Positions 9,392 through 19,561 of a DNA stretch of 64,000 nt are shown one piece after another. The DNA comes from Bryobacterales bacterium. GTDB lineage: Bacteria > Acidobacteriota > Terriglobia > Bryobacterales > UBA6623. The translations under genes were made by a program, and so were the position numbers. The stretch is taken from assembly GCA_963422375.2 (NCBI GenBank), contig OY729428.2:864001-928000 (forward strand), given 5' to 3'. Below the pieces are notes generated by a model, which saw only the letters and a list, made by a program, of their open reading frames with translations, did no database searches and was not told the DNA's origin. Positions within the stretch are counted from its first letter, which is position 1. Every line of letters begins with the position of its first letter.

Positions 9392-11086
9392 TCATTCTTC
9401 AACCGGCAGGCTCAGCTGCTGGCGCGGATAGATCAGTCTGGGCCTGTAGGCAAGCAAGCGCTTCCAAGCGCCACGCGCCCTCTCGCCGTCACCAGCAGCG
9501 TGGAAGACGCGGGCCAGCATGTGGTAGCTCGATTCAAGAAAAGGTTCTTGTTGCATGGCGCGCTTGAACTCCCCGGTGGATTTCCTCAAGGCGCGTCGCT
9601 CCCACCATGCCGCCCCGAGCGCGTTGCGATAGAGGACGTTGTCGGGGGCAATCTGGACGGCGCGCTCGAGAACACGCAGTCCCTCTTCCAACTTCCCCGA
9701 CACAATGAGCCCCGTGCCTAGGGCCTCCAAAAGGCTCGCATCACTCTCGTCAGTCAAGGCGGCTCGCTCAAGCTGGGCCACGGACTCACCGATGTCGCTC
9801 GCAGCCATACCTCGCTGGCTGAGTCGGATCTTGGCGATGCCCAGATTGCGAAGGCCGAGCGGGCCCTCGGTTTGCTGCCATGGCACGAGGAAGCCAGGCT
9901 CGACAGGATTCGGATCCGGAATCGGTCGCCGGCTGATGCGGTGGTCCGTGAAGGCGCTGTGCCCGCTGTCGTGAGCTCGCCTCTTGGGCATATGGCACGA
10001 TACGCAATCGCTCGCGAGGGCCTCGTGGTCGTCTGTCAGCTTGCCGGCGTGACAAGACAAGCAGCGTTGGCTCACTTCGACCGCCGGGTGTTGCGGCACC
10101 GAGTGCGCGTCATGACAGGTTCCGCACCACAGATCCGGCCCGCTTTGCTGTGAGCACCGACTCAGAGCTAGCTGCTCGACATGGCTCACGACTTGAAACC
10201 GACGCTGGTCGTCTCCTCCCTCAAAGCCGCCCACGAAGACCGACCAGTACTCTTCCAGCCGTCTGCCCGGCACGAACGAACCGAAGGTCTCACCGGGATT
10301 CAAGACTCGGACAAGTCCCGAGAGGTGGCACTGCTCGCAGACACTGTCCCGTTCTCGAGGCGCGGCCCTGGCCGGGTTGAAAACCGTCGAGGCCTCCGGG
10401 GATGCCAAGTGCTCCTCCGGATCACCATGGCAGCGACCGCACGAAATCGCCTCGAGGCCGAGCGCGGAATCTTCGTAGCGGTTCACTGACCCAACGACAT
10501 GCCGGGGCCGGTCAGCATGGCACCAAAGGCAATCCGCCGTGGCGGGCCGCGCGAAGTCGGGATCGGCGTACCGCTCCATGCCAGGGGCCATGCCCCATGT
10601 CCCGAGTTCGGTGTAGTGGGCAATCGGAGACTGGAAGATCGCATCGCCCACGCGGATCAGATAGCCGAGTGCAGCATTGCCCGACCCGATCACGTAGTCG
10701 ATCAAGTAGGTGGCTTCGAAGCCGCCTCGCTGGATGCGATGCACCGTGCCACGATCAGTCTGATCGACCCGGAACGTGGTTCCCGAGTGGCCGTGGAAAT
10801 AGACGCCGGACGGGTGGGCCGAGCTCGGAAGGGCGATCGACCTACCCATGCCCGTGCGAAGGAAGCCGCTCACCTGCTGCGGGTGGCAGGGCCGGCAGGC
10901 CTCAGACGCACGCAACGGCAGGGCGGCTGACAGGACCCCCGAGACGATGATCGCGGTCGCCGCCAACTTCCAGGCCCGTGTCGGTCGCAGCCTGCGCGGC
11001 TCGCCTCCCGAGTCGCACGTGACTTCATGCGGGCGTTCGGAACGGTGGCGGTCAATGGCGGAACCGTTCGGTGAATCCGGCATCAT
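9392..11086 (-). CDS. Secreted heptaheme cytochrome c with a C-terminal TPR region
   Basis: Seven CxxCH motifs (CRPCH, CLWCH, CGRCH, CEQCH, CGTCH, CLSCH, CVSCH), FTDHRI motif, TPR-like helices, hydrophobic signal segment. Start uncertain. Confidence 0.85.
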   Translation of the reverse strand: MMPDSPNGSAIDRHRSERPHEVTCDSGGEPRRLRPTRAWKLAATAIIVSGVLSAALPLRASEACRPCHPQQVSGFLRTGMGRSIALPSSAHPSGVYFHGHSGTTFRVDQTDRGTVHRIQRGGFEATYLIDYVIGSGNAALGYLIRVGDAIFQSPIAHYTELGTWGMAPGMERYADPDFARPATADCLWCHADRPRHVVGSVNRYEDSALGLEAISCGRCHGDPEEHLASPEASTVFNPARAAPRERDSVCEQCHLSGLVRVLNPGETFGSFVPGRRLEEYWSVFVGGFEGGDDQRRFQVVSHVEQLALSRCSQQSGPDLWCGTCHDAHSVPQHPAVEVSQRCLSCHAGKLTDDHEALASDCVSCHMPKRRAHDSGHSAFTDHRISRRPIPDPNPVEPGFLVPWQQTEGPLGLRNLGIAKIRLSQRGMAASDIGESVAQLERAALTDESDASLLEALGTGLIVSGKLEEGLRVLERAVQIAPDNVLYRNALGAAWWERRALRKSTGEFKRAMQQEPFLESSYHMLARVFHAAGDGERARGAWKRLLAYRPRLIYPRQQLSLPVEE

Positions 11087-11190
11087 TCCCTCGCGGCCCG
11101 GTCCAAATTCATTCTCCGTCCTAGCTCTATTGAAGCCTCTGGTTGCTGACCATCTTGAGACTGCTCCCATCGAGGCTGGCACCAGGCCTC

Positions 11191-12673
11191 CAGCAATTGC
11201 AACTGGCCGGTTACAGGATGATAGGCGGGGAGGGGCGACTACCGGCCAAGTGAACGGCCGCCCTTCAACAGGGTGTCGGCTCGGCCAGCATGCGGAATTC
11301 CAAGCACCCCTCCCCGAGCACCGTGACCGCGTTGAGCCCGAAGGTGGCGAGATGGCCCAGCGGCGTTCCCTAGCTCGGCAACCGCAGCCCCTCCGTCCCG
11401 CCCCTCGCGGGGGCCTTGGCCTAGGCCGCCTCCAACACCGTAGCGCGCTCTACCGCCGCCGTGCGGTCTGCGTCATCGCACAGCTGCATTGCCAGTTTCG
11501 TCGGCCGGTGCAACTTGCTCGACGGCCGCGACCCAGCCACGTTCGACCCGCTAGTCCGGCTGTGCCTGCAAACCGTGGCCGCGCAAGGCGCTCTCGAGCC
11601 CTTCCAGCGGCTCGAGAGCGCCTGCTCGTGGCTTTGGACGGCGTCCGGTTCCACCGCTCCGACGCGGTGCATTGCTCGCAGTGCTCGGTGCGGCACATCG
11701 GCAACGAGCGCCGATCGCAATGCTTCCTCACCGCGGTGGCCGACGGCCACGGGACCGTCCTACCGCCGATGCCCGCGTTCGTGCGCCCACAGCAGGACGC
11801 GGCCGCGACACGCGCCGACATGAGCGAGGACGAGCGCAACGCCGCCAAGCGCTGGATCGACGCTCACGACGACTGGCTGCAGACCTGCCGCCCAGTCCTG
11901 CCGAGCGACGACCTGTACTGCTGCCAGCCGGTCTGCGAGGCCGCTGGCATGGACTAGATCCTAGTATGCGAGCCCGGATCCTACAAGCGCTTGTACGAGG
12001 TTCTGGAGAGCCGGCAGGCTCGCAGCGCAGTGCAGTTGGCCGACCGGCCGACTGCCGCGGCGCGGGAAGGGCAAGCGGTCCGAGCGACACCGCTTCCGCC
12101 GGGCGGACGAGGTGCCCTTGCGCCAGGGCCGCGACGCCCGGCAGGGCACTTGGATCGAGTACGCCGTGGACAGTGGCGGCAAGCGCACCCGCACCAGCTT
12201 CCTGTTAACCAGGCTCGAGGTCACCGTGGACCACGCGGAGCGGACCGCTGGGGCCGGACGGGCGCGCTGGAAGATCGAGAACGAGGGCTTCAACTGCCTA
12301 GCCGGGACGGCTGCGAATTCAAGCGCAACTTCGGGCACGGCAAGGCCGCGCCGCCCAGCGTGCTGGCCGTGCCGAACCTGTTCGCCCTCGCGCTCCATGC
12401 CGTGCTGCGGTGCGTCTGCTCGCTGTGGCGGCAGTGCCAGCGCAAGCCGGTCACGCGCCACGAGTTGTTCGAGGAGCTAAAGGTCGCGCTGCGCTGGTTC
12501 CGCTTCCCGGACTGGCTGGCGGCGGTGCGCGAGGGACGTGCGCCGCCGGGCTGCCAGCCGTCCGACGCTCCCGCGGGGCGGCCTCAGTAGCGCGACCTCT
12601 CGGCCAAGTTCGTCATCTCATTGTCCCAAGCGACGATCACGCGCCACCTTGATGGCCGAATTTGGAATCGCTC
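11191..12673 (+). mobile_element. Degenerate ISNCY-type transposase element
   Basis: Fragments in several frames: LLVALDG..FHRSDAVHCSQCS, ERNAAKRWI, DDLYCCQPVC, GRARWKIENEGFN, NFGHGK. Imperfect terminal IRs CAGCAATTGCAACT (11191) and the reverse complement GAGCGATTCCAAAT (ending 12673) match at 10/14. Confidence 0.75.
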
Positions 12674-12695
12674 CGTCGAAGCCGTCTCGCGCAGG

Positions 12696-12950
12696 TCACC
12701 GCTCTGGCGACGACGGCAGCGCTCTCGGTCGAGCCGTCTGCGCTCGCCCCGCGTCCGGGCCTTCCCTGTCGCCCATCCCGGACCAGAGGTAGGTCAGCAT
12801 TCCAGCGACGACGAGGGGCCCGCAGGCGCCGGCGAAAAGAAAGAACGATACTGGATGCGTCCAGAAGAGCGTGGGAAGCGCCGAGAGCAGTCCCGTCGCG
12901 ATTAGCAGCCCCGCGAGCCGCAGCCGGCCTGCAGCCCCTGACCGCGGCAT
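12696..12950 (-). CDS. Small two-TM membrane protein, last gene of the multiheme/NapC operon
   Basis: MPRSGAAGRLRLAGLLIATGLLSALPTLFWTHPVSFFLFAGACGPLVVAGMLTYLWS...; GAGGAGG SD upstream; co-oriented directly after the NapC-like gene. Confidence 0.65.
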   Translation of the reverse strand: MPRSGAAGRLRLAGLLIATGLLSALPTLFWTHPVSFFLFAGACGPLVVAGMLTYLWSGMGDREGPDAGRAQTARPRALPSSPER

Positions 12951-12967
12951 GGGCTTGATGCCTCCTC

Positions 12968-13585
12968 TCACGGCCGCGCCTCCGGGTCCCATCGCGGGAA
13001 GCGGTCCAGCTTTTCCACCTCGTGGACCAAGTTGTGGCACATGATGCAGGACTTGGAACCCTCGAGCAGGGCGGCTCGAATGCGGGCGTGCGCGGCCTCC
13101 TCTTCGTAGGAGCGCGCCCCGTGGCGGCATTGCAGGCAGGATCGGTTGGGAAACGGCTGGTAGATCTGCACGGGGTCGGAAGCCGTGCCCAGTGCGTTGT
13201 GCCAGACATGCGCGATCCCCCGAATCTTGTCTTCCACGTCGCCAAACATCGCGTAGCTGGTGTGGCATGCGTAACAGGCGCGCTCCGCCGGAATTCTCCT
13301 GTTCTGGTAGTGCGCCGCCGGAAGGAATCGCGCGTCGTCGATCAGGAGGCTCGTGCCGTAGGGCTCGATGATGTGGCACGAAAGGCAGAATGCCGTGGAT
13401 TTCGCCTGCTCGTAGTGATGGTTCGTGCCTCCGACGAGAATCAGGCCGGGCAGCACGAAGAAGCTCCCGAACGCAAGCGCCTTGCCGGGAACGGACTCCG
13501 CCAGACGGGGACGCCTCCCGAGCAAGCGGACGGCCGCCACCGTCCCCGCGGTCGATGCGATCAGAATCAATACCGCGCGTGCCAA
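12968..13585 (-). CDS. NapC/NirT-family membrane-anchored tetraheme cytochrome c (heme 3 motif altered)
   Basis: Two N-terminal TMs, STAFCLSCH, CYACH, CLQCRH (non-canonical) and CIMCH. TTG start follows GGAG. Confidence 0.8.
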   Translation of the reverse strand: MARAVLILIASTAGTVAAVRLLGRRPRLAESVPGKALAFGSFFVLPGLILVGGTNHHYEQAKSTAFCLSCHIIEPYGTSLLIDDARFLPAAHYQNRRIPAERACYACHTSYAMFGDVEDKIRGIAHVWHNALGTASDPVQIYQPFPNRSCLQCRHGARSYEEEAAHARIRAALLEGSKSCIMCHNLVHEVEKLDRFPRWDPEARP

Positions 13586-13596
13586 GCCGCCGCTCC

Positions 13597-14897
13597 CTAA
13601 ATTGGCCCCCGCAGTTCCTCTGCGAGCGCCTCAATCTCGGTCAGTCCCTGCACCATCTCACTCCAGCCCTACCACAGCGCGTAGTCCGGGTTGTTGTGGA
13701 AGGTCCCTTGGAAGGCCCGCATACGGTGCTCCAAGTGCATCCTGAACAGCTTCTGCTCAATGACCGTGGGCGCGTCGTGGAATGCCAGCGGGTCCGGGAA
13801 GTCGCGTTCGTAGTGGGTCGGTCGGCGCAGGACGCCGTCTCGGTAGAGGCCTGCCACGACGCGGATCGCCCGGGCCAGAAGGCGGTCCGTCTCGCGGATC
13901 ATCTCGTCGCCCTTGGCCAGTTCGGCCCGGACCATTGTCCCGGAGTGGCACTCATCGCAGACCGCGATCATCCGATCCCGTTCCGCCTGCCATGCCTCTT
14001 GGGTGAGGCGAGCGGCGTCGACCTGCTTGACTGTTTCGAGTCGGGCCGTCGGGTTTCCCTCCAAATCCAAGACGCCCAGCGCTTGGAGGATCGTCGCGCG
14101 ATCAGCAGCCCATTCGGGATCGTCCGGCATAGGCAGTCGCACGGCTAGGAAACCCCATGCCGTCCGCACGCCGTGGTCCCCCTTCGGCATGTGCACCGCT
14201 GGCAGGTCGGCGCGGCCGCCTGTTCGGGAAGCGTGCCGCTCTGCTTGAGCAGGTGCCGGACCCCGTGCTCAGACGAAGAGTACATCTCCCATTGCGGGTG
14301 GTCGATGCCCATCTGGCAGGTCCGGCACGCCTGCGGCTCCAGAGCCTCCTTCACCGAGAACAGGTGACGCGTGTGGCAGGCGTCGCACGACGCGAGGCCG
14401 AACATCCCTCCTTCCGCCCTCATCCGCTTGATCTCGTCCTCGGTCTTGAGGCCCAGCCTGTGGCAACCTCCGCAGCCCTTCATCCCCTCGGTCAAGGCCA
14501 TGGGCAGCCAGTGTGTAGTCGGCATCGCGTTCATGCTCGCCCACGCCTGCGCGTGCTTGCCTCCGGCGAACTGCTCGACTTGGATCGGATGGCAGGTCGC
14601 GCACACGTCCGGCGTGGCGGTGCGGACGAGGTCGGTGTCGCCCGCACCGCGATGCCGATCACCGTGGCAGAAGGAGCAATCCACGCCCTCGGAGCTGTGG
14701 AGACTGAGCTCCTAGTCGACCACGATCGCCGGCGTCTCCTCGCGATGGCAGTCGACGCATGCCGATGCCTGTCCGAGCGGGTCCGTCGGGCCTCCGCCGC
14801 ACGACGCGACTAAGAGCGGGATGCTGGCTGCGCAGGCGCGAGACCGACGCGAGACCGACGCGATTCGACTGGCACGGACCGGACCGCTCGCAGCCAT
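13597..14897 (-). pseudogene. Octaheme hydroxylamine-oxidoreductase-like multiheme cytochrome c, pseudogene
   Basis: Three ORF pieces join to give CVDCH, CSFCH, CATCH, CGGCH, CDACH, CRTCQ, CQRC[H] and CDECH, plus CHTRHLFS, DHPQWEMY and FHNNPDY. Lesions: TAG 14712-14714, 1-nt deletion near 14192, TAG 13669-13671, and H-to-Q in heme 6. Confidence 0.88.
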
Positions 14898-15230
14898 GCT
14901 CTCAATCTAAGCCATCCCCGGCGGATCCGTCGCGACATCCGGGACGGCACCGACATCGCGTCTCGCTCGCGGGCACCGCCGTCCGGGATCGGGAGCCCGC
15001 TGCCGCTGGGAACGCGGACTGGGACTGGCCGCAGCATGCGGCGCCTCATCGTTCAATTCGCGCTGTGCTCGGGGACTCTAGCGGCACAGGACACGCCGGC
15101 AACGGTCTATATCGGCGTAGGGGAGAGCGCCAAGGCGCTCGAGTCGCCACATGTGAGATCCCCGCGGATTAAGTCTCCGGCTTCATTCGGTGTATAGCTC
15201 GCTTCGAAGTGGCCGTGGTGTACCGGGGCG

Positions 15231-17392
15231 GTGAACGATCCTTCGTTGGAAGACTTCCGGACGCTCCCCCGGATCGACAAGCTTGATATTGGAAAGGAAG
15301 CCGTGATCCTCATCAAACACGGCTCGACGATCCTCGCAGTTGCCGCCTCCGTCGGTATCGGAGTTCGCGCAATTCAACCTTGGGCGGGGCGCTATGGGCG
15401 CGGCGGCTTCAATGGACTGGAGGGCCGCAAGATATCCGGTCGACCGCGCCCTCCCAAGACGGCATGCCTCCAGCGGGTCCCCACGGTCGTTACGACTACG
15501 GATCCGCGCCAGCTGCGATTCGAGTTCGCGTACCGGACCGCGCGACCGACCGGGGACGCGTTGCGAGACAAGTACTGAGGAGCGCAAGAGTCTTCTCGGT
15601 CGGATCAGGCCAACATGTACTGGAAATTGGGCTCCTTAAAGAAGCGATCCACCTTGTCAGTCAAGTCCCTTAGAGCCTTGAATTCCGCCTCGAGTAGGAG
15701 CAATATCTTCTCCTTAGTTCTGAATCATTTCTGGAGCACCATCCGCTTTATGTACGACTATATCAGCTCGTATGGGTTCAGATTTGGGGAATATACCGGA
15801 AGGATATGAATCCCTATTCTGCCTTTATTAGAATTCACTATCTAAGATAATTTCCACTTATATCGTCGCGTTAATCCGGAAGAAAATGAGCGGAATTTTC
15901 CAGCATTCTCCGTGCCCTATTGCAGCATGGAATGGAAGCAGATGTCCCGACTAATCTCTGCCATAATGTTCAGGCGAATATTCTTGCCATTGCAGGCCAT
16001 CTCGGGCGTATTTCCGCGCAGTATTTACCTCCATCCCACGTGATAGTTGAAGCGAATTCTGGCTTCTCCAGCGAACATGATCAGGGGCCTTTCCCGCTCG
16101 TCTTCCTCCTTGAATTCCGGGAACATCGCGTCAATCCATCGCGTGACCTGCCCCATCCGGTGCTGGGACGCCCGGAAGCGTGGCTTCTGCGACGTGAGCT
16201 TGCGCCGACGCATGACGCGGCGGATGGTACAGCGGCTCACGTCGATGCCGAACTCGTCGATTGAGGCCCGGAGGACTCGCTACACGCTCCAATAGGCGAA
16301 CTCAAACTTGAGCTGCCGGCGATTCTTATCGACCACGGTGTGGAAGATCCACTCCCCACGCTCCTCGGTCCAGATCCGAGGGCGTCCTGTCCTCGAACGG
16401 TCCTCCACGGCCGCCATCGCTACGGCGATGAACCTAGCCTTCCAAGACTTGACTGCTCCGGTTCCGATGCCGAGATTCTGCGCAAGTTATTCCGGAACAT
16501 AGCCGAGGATGAATTGCGAGTCGAAGAACGTTTTGACAGTGATATTGAGCTTATGGGGGAGTCGATTATAGTCGTTAAAGTGGAAGGGATTCATGCAATA
16601 ATTCTATCACATTCAAGTGTCGTAACTGGTCTCGGAAGAGGGCACGGACGGAAAAATAGACTCTTCCTCTCCTCAGTACGGGATCGAAGCAAGCCGGTCG
16701 ACGGTGCGTCAAGCGTTGCGCCGTAGGGGCCTGATCCCGCCAGGGCCGGCGACAGAGACGTGGCGGCGGGGCAGGGTCGCCGTGGCGAAACGGCCGAGGA
16801 CGGCGAATCCGGATCCGCCGAGGAAGGCGAAGGAGGAGAACGCGCTGCCCCTGTTCGAGGACGAAGCGGGAATGTGCTCGGACTGCCACGCGGGGAGGAC
16901 TCGGGCGGAACCCGGGAAGACACCGAGGGGCAGCGTCTCGGGAATGAGGATCCGCGCGAACATGCTGGCGGCGGTCAGTCCGGGAGGGCAGCTATTGTAC
17001 ATGATTAATGAAGGCAACACGATCACCGAGACGGTTCGAGAGTTCCTGGGAAGGATCGCAGCGGATGTGCCGGAGAAGACGATCTATGTGTTGGAGGATA
17101 GCCTGAGAATCCACACGGAGAAAAGAGTGCGGTAGTTTCTTGAATCCGAGATAGAAGTTCGGGTTCTGCCGACTTACTCCCGGGAATTGAATCCTGTGGA
17201 GACACTGTAGTCATAGGTGAAGAGAAGAGCTTGACAACGGAAAGTCGAGACAGGAGACGACCTGAAGAACACGATGGCCGAGGATTGGGAGCACCTGAAG
17301 TGGACACCGTAGCCAGTCGCCGCGTCCTTCAAGCGGGCCGAGTGCATCTACATCCTGGGCTGATCTGCAGGCAAGACCCTTGACACGTTCAG
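15231..17392 (+). mobile_element. Outer IS630-family element, degenerate and split by a second IS630
   Basis: N-terminal HTH 15231-15574 (GGFNGLEGRKISGRP...PRQLRFEFAY) rejoins 16679-17363 in frame (GIEASRSTVRQAL...FEDEAG...LPTYSRELNPVE). Right IR GACCCTTGACACGTTCAG ends at 17392, followed by TA. Left end eroded. Confidence 0.85.
15575..16676 (-). mobile_element. Inner IS630-family element (pseudogenised transposase 15605-16594)
   Basis: 18-bp TIRs CTGAGGAGCGCAAGAGTC (15575-15592) and CTGAGGAGAGGAAGAGTC (reverse complement of 16659-16676), 16/18 match. TA duplicated at 15573-74 and 16677-78. Minus strand gives TGRPRIW...QLKFEFAYW...LPVYSPNLNPYE with many stops. Confidence 0.92.
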
Positions 17393-17393
17393 T

Positions 17394-17544
17394 AATGGCC
17401 TCGGACACAAACCAAGCCACCAGAACGATCTCGAGCGCATCCACCACCCAACCCATCAACGTGTAGAACCGCTCTACGGGCATGGCTGCGGCAAGAGCCG
17501 GTCTGACGCTGAGTGGTCACTCGAATTCATCGTCCCTTGTTCTG
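17394..17544 (-). repeat. Truncated second copy of the 5' end of the gene at 19140 (diverged direct repeat of about 19004-19154)
   Basis: MNSSDHSASDRLLPQPMPVERFYTLMGWVVDALEIVLVAWFVSEAI versus MNSSDHSEVDRRFLQAMRVDRFDTLMGRVVDALKTVLVA*FGYKAI; offset 1610 bp; cut by the IS630 end at the TA 17393. Confidence 0.85.
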
Positions 17545-18209
17545 ACAAGACCGCGGTCCAGGCCGGAAAGGGACCTGAGCGCCGCGTCCGGCTTGGCCAC
17601 AGGGCGCGGGCGACCTGACGACACTGTCAAGGGAGCGCAGAGCGGCTTGCCTGTCTTTCTGGCGGCAGGAATGGTCAGTGACGAGTTCCCTACCGTGGCA
17701 GCCTAAGGGCTTGCGCGAGACTTCGTCCTCTGCACTCATTGGCATCGTCCAAGGCAGGACAAGCTACGATGGCACTGCTTGGACGGCCTCCAATGCACCG
17801 GACAGCAGGGCCGGTGGCACGGGACGGCACCCAGAAGTCACAGGCCAGAGACTCGCGTGGAGCCCTGTCGATTTCTCGGGAAAGTTGCGCCTCAACGATC
17901 TGGGCGAGCCGCAGACGGACATCCTGCACAAGGCTTTGCCACTACCCGCACCCTTGCTCCGCCCTCCCCGACCACTCTGCGACGGGACTTCCCGCCACAT
18001 TCGCCGACGGGAAGGGCCGTTGAGGATCTTCCCTGCCTCGCAACGCACGGATCGAGCCGGGAGACTGCGACAGAGTCCCTTCCGCGAGGACCGGCGACAC
18101 CACGCACAGTCGCGGCCGAGGGCTGGCTCGTGCCCGAATGTCTCGCGGGCCGGTCAGTCCGTCGCCCGCACTCACTCCCTGGACGGCCGGAGGCGTCCTT
18201 TCAGCCCCT

Positions 18210-18771
18210 TCACACTGCTACAGCCCACACGGAAGAGGGCTTCCGCACGCCCATGTCGGTCTTCGCGGTCATTACGAGCACTCGCCGCACCTGAACAACC
18301 TTGATCGGCGTCTGACGCTTTGACAACGCCCTACGGAGCAGGCCAAGGGCTCCCAGTGCCATGTGGTCCACGGCATGTTCGAATGCCTTGGCGTACGAAC
18401 TCGCGCAGGCGCGCCTGCGACGCAGTCGGCAGTTGCGCCACCGCTGCCATCCACTCATGGACGATGTGCTCGATGGACTGCCTAGCCAAGGCTTTGTCAC
18501 CGAACAACTTAATCGCCAACACCCGCAGGAGGCTCGTCTTGTGAGCGAAGCGCAGCAGTCCGTTGATCCGGCTCCGCAGGAAGCGGTACGAGGGGGCATT
18601 GAAGGCTACGTTTCCGGCCAGCGCGTAGTCAAACAGCTCATCTCGCAGAACGAAGAGCCGCCGTCGCAGTAGATCCACTCGAAGCTCACTCCAGCGTCGG
18701 GCGACGACCAAGAGCAGGATCGCGTAGGCCGCGAGCGTTAGGATGATCACGATCCCATCAGATGTAGTCAT
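18210..18771 (-). pseudogene. N-terminally membrane-anchored hypothetical protein, probably frameshifted near 18395
   Basis: ATG 18771 after GGAGGA gives MTTSDGIVIILTLAAYAILLLVVARRWSELRVDLLRRRLFVLRDELFDYALAGNVAFNAPSYRFLRSRINGLLRFAHK. Protein-like sequence seems to continue in another frame (YAKAFEHAVDHMALGALGLL) to 18210. Confidence 0.55.
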
Positions 18772-19140
18772 TGATCCTCCGGTCTTGTTTCTCCTGTTGA
18801 CAACAGGTTGCTTGAGCTTCGATTCGGCCGCACTCTCCAGTTCCTTGACGCGACGCCCGAGGCGCTCGACGTCGCTCCGTCGCAGCCGCCTCACCCTCCG
18901 AGCATAGACAAGCGATCCAACGGACGTAGTCAGCGCAGCTAGGTCCCGGATTCGCCAGGACACAAGCAGTTGAGCAATGGTAGTAGTTCCTCCCAATGAA
19001 TCAATAGCCTTGTACCCAAATTAGGCCACTAGTACCGTCTTGAGCGCATCCACCACCCGACCCATCAACGTGTCGAACCGGTCTACGCGCATGGCTTGCA
19101 GGAAGCGCCGGTCTACCTCTGAGTGGTCGCTCGAATTCAT
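18768..19140 (-). pseudogene. Small two-TM hypothetical protein, pseudogene
   Basis: ATG 19140; TAA at 19021-19023 where the duplicate copy has TGG. An inferred frameshift near 18825 gives PNRSSSNLLSTGETRPEDQ*, whose TGA overlaps the next ATG (ATGA). Confidence 0.6.
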
Positions 19141-19561
19141 CGTGCCTTATTCTAACTGTTCCCCGTCGGTGCCATCGATTCGCCACGGATGTCTCGGATT
19201 CCGACCGCTGCCAACTCTCGCTAGGGGCCAGTCCGCCACCTCGATGCCCTTCATCCGAAGCAAGCGACCAGGCACTCCTCGATCTCGTCCAGTGTCCCCA
19301 GCTGCTACTCGCGGCGTCCCAAGACGAAGGCCGTGACAGCAGCGGCACGAATCGCCGACCCGCTACCGTGCCATTTCCGCCGGGAGGCGCCGAGGTGACA
19401 TTGCGATGCGAGGGCACGTCCCGGCGGAGCTCGGCGACCGTCATTGACGGCCCCCCGCCCCCCGGGATTTGCCTTCCGAGAACCAGACGCTCTGGACGCG
19501 AGTCACGCAGCACTACCAGAAGACTCTCGAGTCGCGGCAATGGGACCGCTGCCGGCGCATC

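Noticed and set aside
13597..14897. Amber read-through or pyrrolysine as an explanation for in-frame TAGs
   Set aside because: The same genes also carry frameshifts and lost heme ligands, and TAG ends many intact genes here.
18331..18996. Single 221-aa ORF
   Set aside because: Better explained as two genes fused by a frameshift: an internal SD plus ATG at 18771 overlaps a TGA in the alternative frame.
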